Shown piece after piece: positions 30,237 through 32,000 of a stretch of DNA of 32,000 bases (position 1 is its first letter; every line of letters begins with the position of its first letter). The position numbers were made by a program, and so were the translations under genes. The notes beneath the pieces are model-generated. The model did not search any database, was not told the DNA's origin, and saw only the letters and a list, made by a program, of their open reading frames with translations. Source of the stretch: Methanothermobacter thermautotrophicus str. Delta H (GTDB lineage: Archaea > Methanobacteriota > Methanobacteria > Methanobacteriales > Methanothermobacteraceae); contig NC_000916.1 of assembly GCF_000008645.1 (NCBI RefSeq), forward strand, positions 900,001 to 932,000, read 5' to 3'.

Positions 30237-30965
30237 TTAGTCTGAATTAAATTTCAGTTCCCTGAGGTTGAAACCGAGTCTGCCGGATATTGCCGCCCTT
30301 GCAACCGACACAGCATCAGCCCCTGCTGCAAGCATTGCCCTCGCGGATTCAATGTCCCTCACAGAATTGTTACCTATGAGGATGGAGTCCCCCTTCACCT
30401 CTGAAACAAGGGATACGAGTTCCAGGTCAGCCCTGTCCTCCCCGGGTTTCATTGCATCGAGGTGGATGTAGTCGACCCCCAGGTCAGCCAGGACCCCTGC
30501 CACCCCGACGGTGTCAGCTCCAGGTACGTTTCCACGTATCTTGACTGAAACCTCAGATCTCGCCTTCCCTGTAACCTCCGCTGTGAAGTCCTCCAGGAAT
30601 TCAGGATCCATGAGCATTGACTGGCCTGCCCCTATTTCTGTTATCTCCGGCTGTCTGCAGTGTGCATTGATCTCAACAACGTCAACAGACTCAATGGAGG
30701 AGATTTCCACTATTCTTTCAGGTTCAAGGGCTCTGATGTTCACTGAGACCATTACATCGAACCTCTCCTTTATCCTTGAGGCCTCATGATTGATGATTGA
30801 TCTCAGTTCAGAACAGTCAAAATCAAATTCAGGTCTGCCCCTCTGAGCTATGAGCCTGCCGGCCCTGGAGGTCTCTCTATCCGCATTGTAGCCTCCAAGG
30901 GTGACCATGTCGAATCCATAGGGGATAAGTTTCAGGCAGAATTCCGCGTCACTTATTCCTGCCAT
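30237..30965 (-). CDS. tRNA-dihydrouridine synthase-like / FMN-binding TIM-barrel protein
   Basis: In-frame upstream codons give RVLAPMAGISD, the Dus N-terminal motif; VVEINAHCRQPEITEIGAGQSMLMDPEFL; EVSVKIRGNV; SILIGNNSVRDIESARAMLAAGADAVSVARAAI. Confidence 0.75.
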   Translation of the reverse strand: MAGISDAEFCLKLIPYGFDMVTLGGYNADRETSRAGRLIAQRGRPEFDFDCSELRSIINHEASRIKERFDVMVSVNIRALEPERIVEISSIESVDVVEINAHCRQPEITEIGAGQSMLMDPEFLEDFTAEVTGKARSEVSVKIRGNVPGADTVGVAGVLADLGVDYIHLDAMKPGEDRADLELVSLVSEVKGDSILIGNNSVRDIESARAMLAAGADAVSVARAAISGRLGFNLRELKFNSD

Positions 30966-31030
30966 GGGGGCCAGGACCCTTATGCTATCAGCAACCCTGA
31001 TTTTTTATGGAGAATCAATCTGATTAGATA

Positions 31031-31780
31031 CTATTCCTTCATCACATGGACAAGGTCATAGGTGAAGCCGCCCCTTATTTCCTCAAGGGCAAGGTCAGCC
31101 AGGTTGGCCGCCTTCTCGGCTGTCGGGGCCTTTCCTATACCCGCCTTAAGGGCCACGTTTATCTCATCATCTATCTCATTGATTATCCTCAGGAGCCCCT
31201 GAGGTTCAAGACCATTGCAGGGGGACATGAAGTTATCTCCGCCTATGAAGAAGAGGAGGGCGCCCTCCTTTATCAGCTTCTTCATCAGAAAATGCTGAAC
31301 CCTGTTCACGATGAAGGATGTGTCATAGGCAGGTACAATGTCGGTCATCGTCTCTGTGATGCCATTGATATCGATGTGAGCTATCTGCACGTAGCCCTCA
31401 TCCACAAGGCCGTCTATGGCAAGTACCTCCTTCCTCTCCTCTGACTGGGCGCCTCCATGGCTCTGAAGAGCCCTTGAAGCGTTCCTCTGAGCATCGTAGG
31501 GTGTCTCAGCAGCGCCCACACCCATGCTCACGGTTATTGGGTACCTGTTGCCTATGGATTTCTGTATCCTGCGGTGGTCCTCAAGGTCCATTCCATTGGT
31601 GACTGCAAGCATGTTATCGAATCTTGTGAAGAACACCAGTCCCTGGCGGGCAGCAAACTGGCGCTGAAGATCAGCGTAGAGCTCTGCCTGCATTATCTGG
31701 AGATCCGCCTCATTACGGGGGGTTGGTGTGACTGTCCATGGCCCATAATTGTCTATTTGAATTAAGGTCATCTGTATCAT
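31031..31780 (-). CDS. gch3: GTP cyclohydrolase III
   Basis: [58 protein letters not shown]; [20 protein letters not shown]; [14 protein letters not shown]; [25 protein letters not shown]. Confidence 0.95.
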   Translation of the reverse strand: MIQMTLIQIDNYGPWTVTPTPRNEADLQIMQAELYADLQRQFAARQGLVFFTRFDNMLAVTNGMDLEDHRRIQKSIGNRYPITVSMGVGAAETPYDAQRNASRALQSHGGAQSEERKEVLAIDGLVDEGYVQIAHIDINGITETMTDIVPAYDTSFIVNRVQHFLMKKLIKEGALLFFIGGDNFMSPCNGLEPQGLLRIINEIDDEINVALKAGIGKAPTAEKAANLADLALEEIRGGFTYDLVHVMKE

Positions 31781-32000
31781 AATATTTCACCCAAAAGTAT
31801 TCTGGCCAACATTATTTTATCCCCTATGTTTTCCATGTTGGTCTTTGTTATTGTCACCTCTTTTATTAGTTTTTCTATTTCCCCCTTGAGATCAGAATCG
31901 GTTTCATCGATTACCAGTCTGTCAAGAAAATCTGCGTAGATCTCTGCAACCCCAAGACTTGAGGCATCATAGCCCTTCGCCTCCATGAATTTCCCGGCTG
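31777..32000 (-). CDS. cofD: 2-phospho-L-lactate transferase, C-terminal part only (start outside window)
   Basis: Frame open to the window edge; [44 protein letters not shown]...[17 protein letters not shown] resembles the CofD C-terminus; ATGA overlap with gch3. Confidence 0.8.
   Translation of the reverse strand, partial: AGKFMEAKGYDASSLGVAEIYADFLDRLVIDETDSDLKGEIEKLIKEVTITKTNMENIGDKIMLARILLGEIL

Noticed and set aside
1-32000. CRISPR array, transposon, prophage or toxin-antitoxin/defence island
   Set aside because: No regularly spaced repeats, no transposase, integrase or phage-like proteins, and nearly all ORFs are housekeeping or methanogen-core genes.

Overview
This 32 kb window looks like a core-chromosome segment of a hydrogenotrophic methanogen of the Methanothermobacter type. 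That call comes from protein similarity and remembered gene order, not from a database search. It is densely coding, with about 30 genes. Recognisable content: a YcaO/TfuA-like pair with an adjacent LarE-like PP-loop protein; a universal stress/CBS-domain group; a secreted PKD/CARDB-like protein; carA-carB; a P-type cation ATPase; cbiJ; moeA; an eIF1A-Rio-KH ribosome/translation cluster; topoisomerase VI B-A; archaeal gap; an AAA+ ATPase; a same-strand series atwA, methanogenesis-marker-9-like, siroheme synthase, hemA; a Dus-like protein; GTP cyclohydrolase III; and the 3' end of cofD. I see no CRISPR, rRNA, tRNA, transposon or obvious prophage. Points most worth checking: (1) single-base frameshifts in two conserved genes, tfuA-like near 1344 and carB near 9898; (2) a caspase/gingipain-like His/Cys signature in the secreted PKD protein; (3) a LarE-like sulfur-insertion protein beside YcaO/TfuA; (4) a duplicated Cys motif in the marker-9-like protein linked to atwA and tetrapyrrole genes; (5) a Dus-like gene whose conserved N-terminal motif extends upstream of its only canonical start; (6) several intergenic repeats and hairpins. 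I did not find a clearly new multi-gene defence or mobile system.
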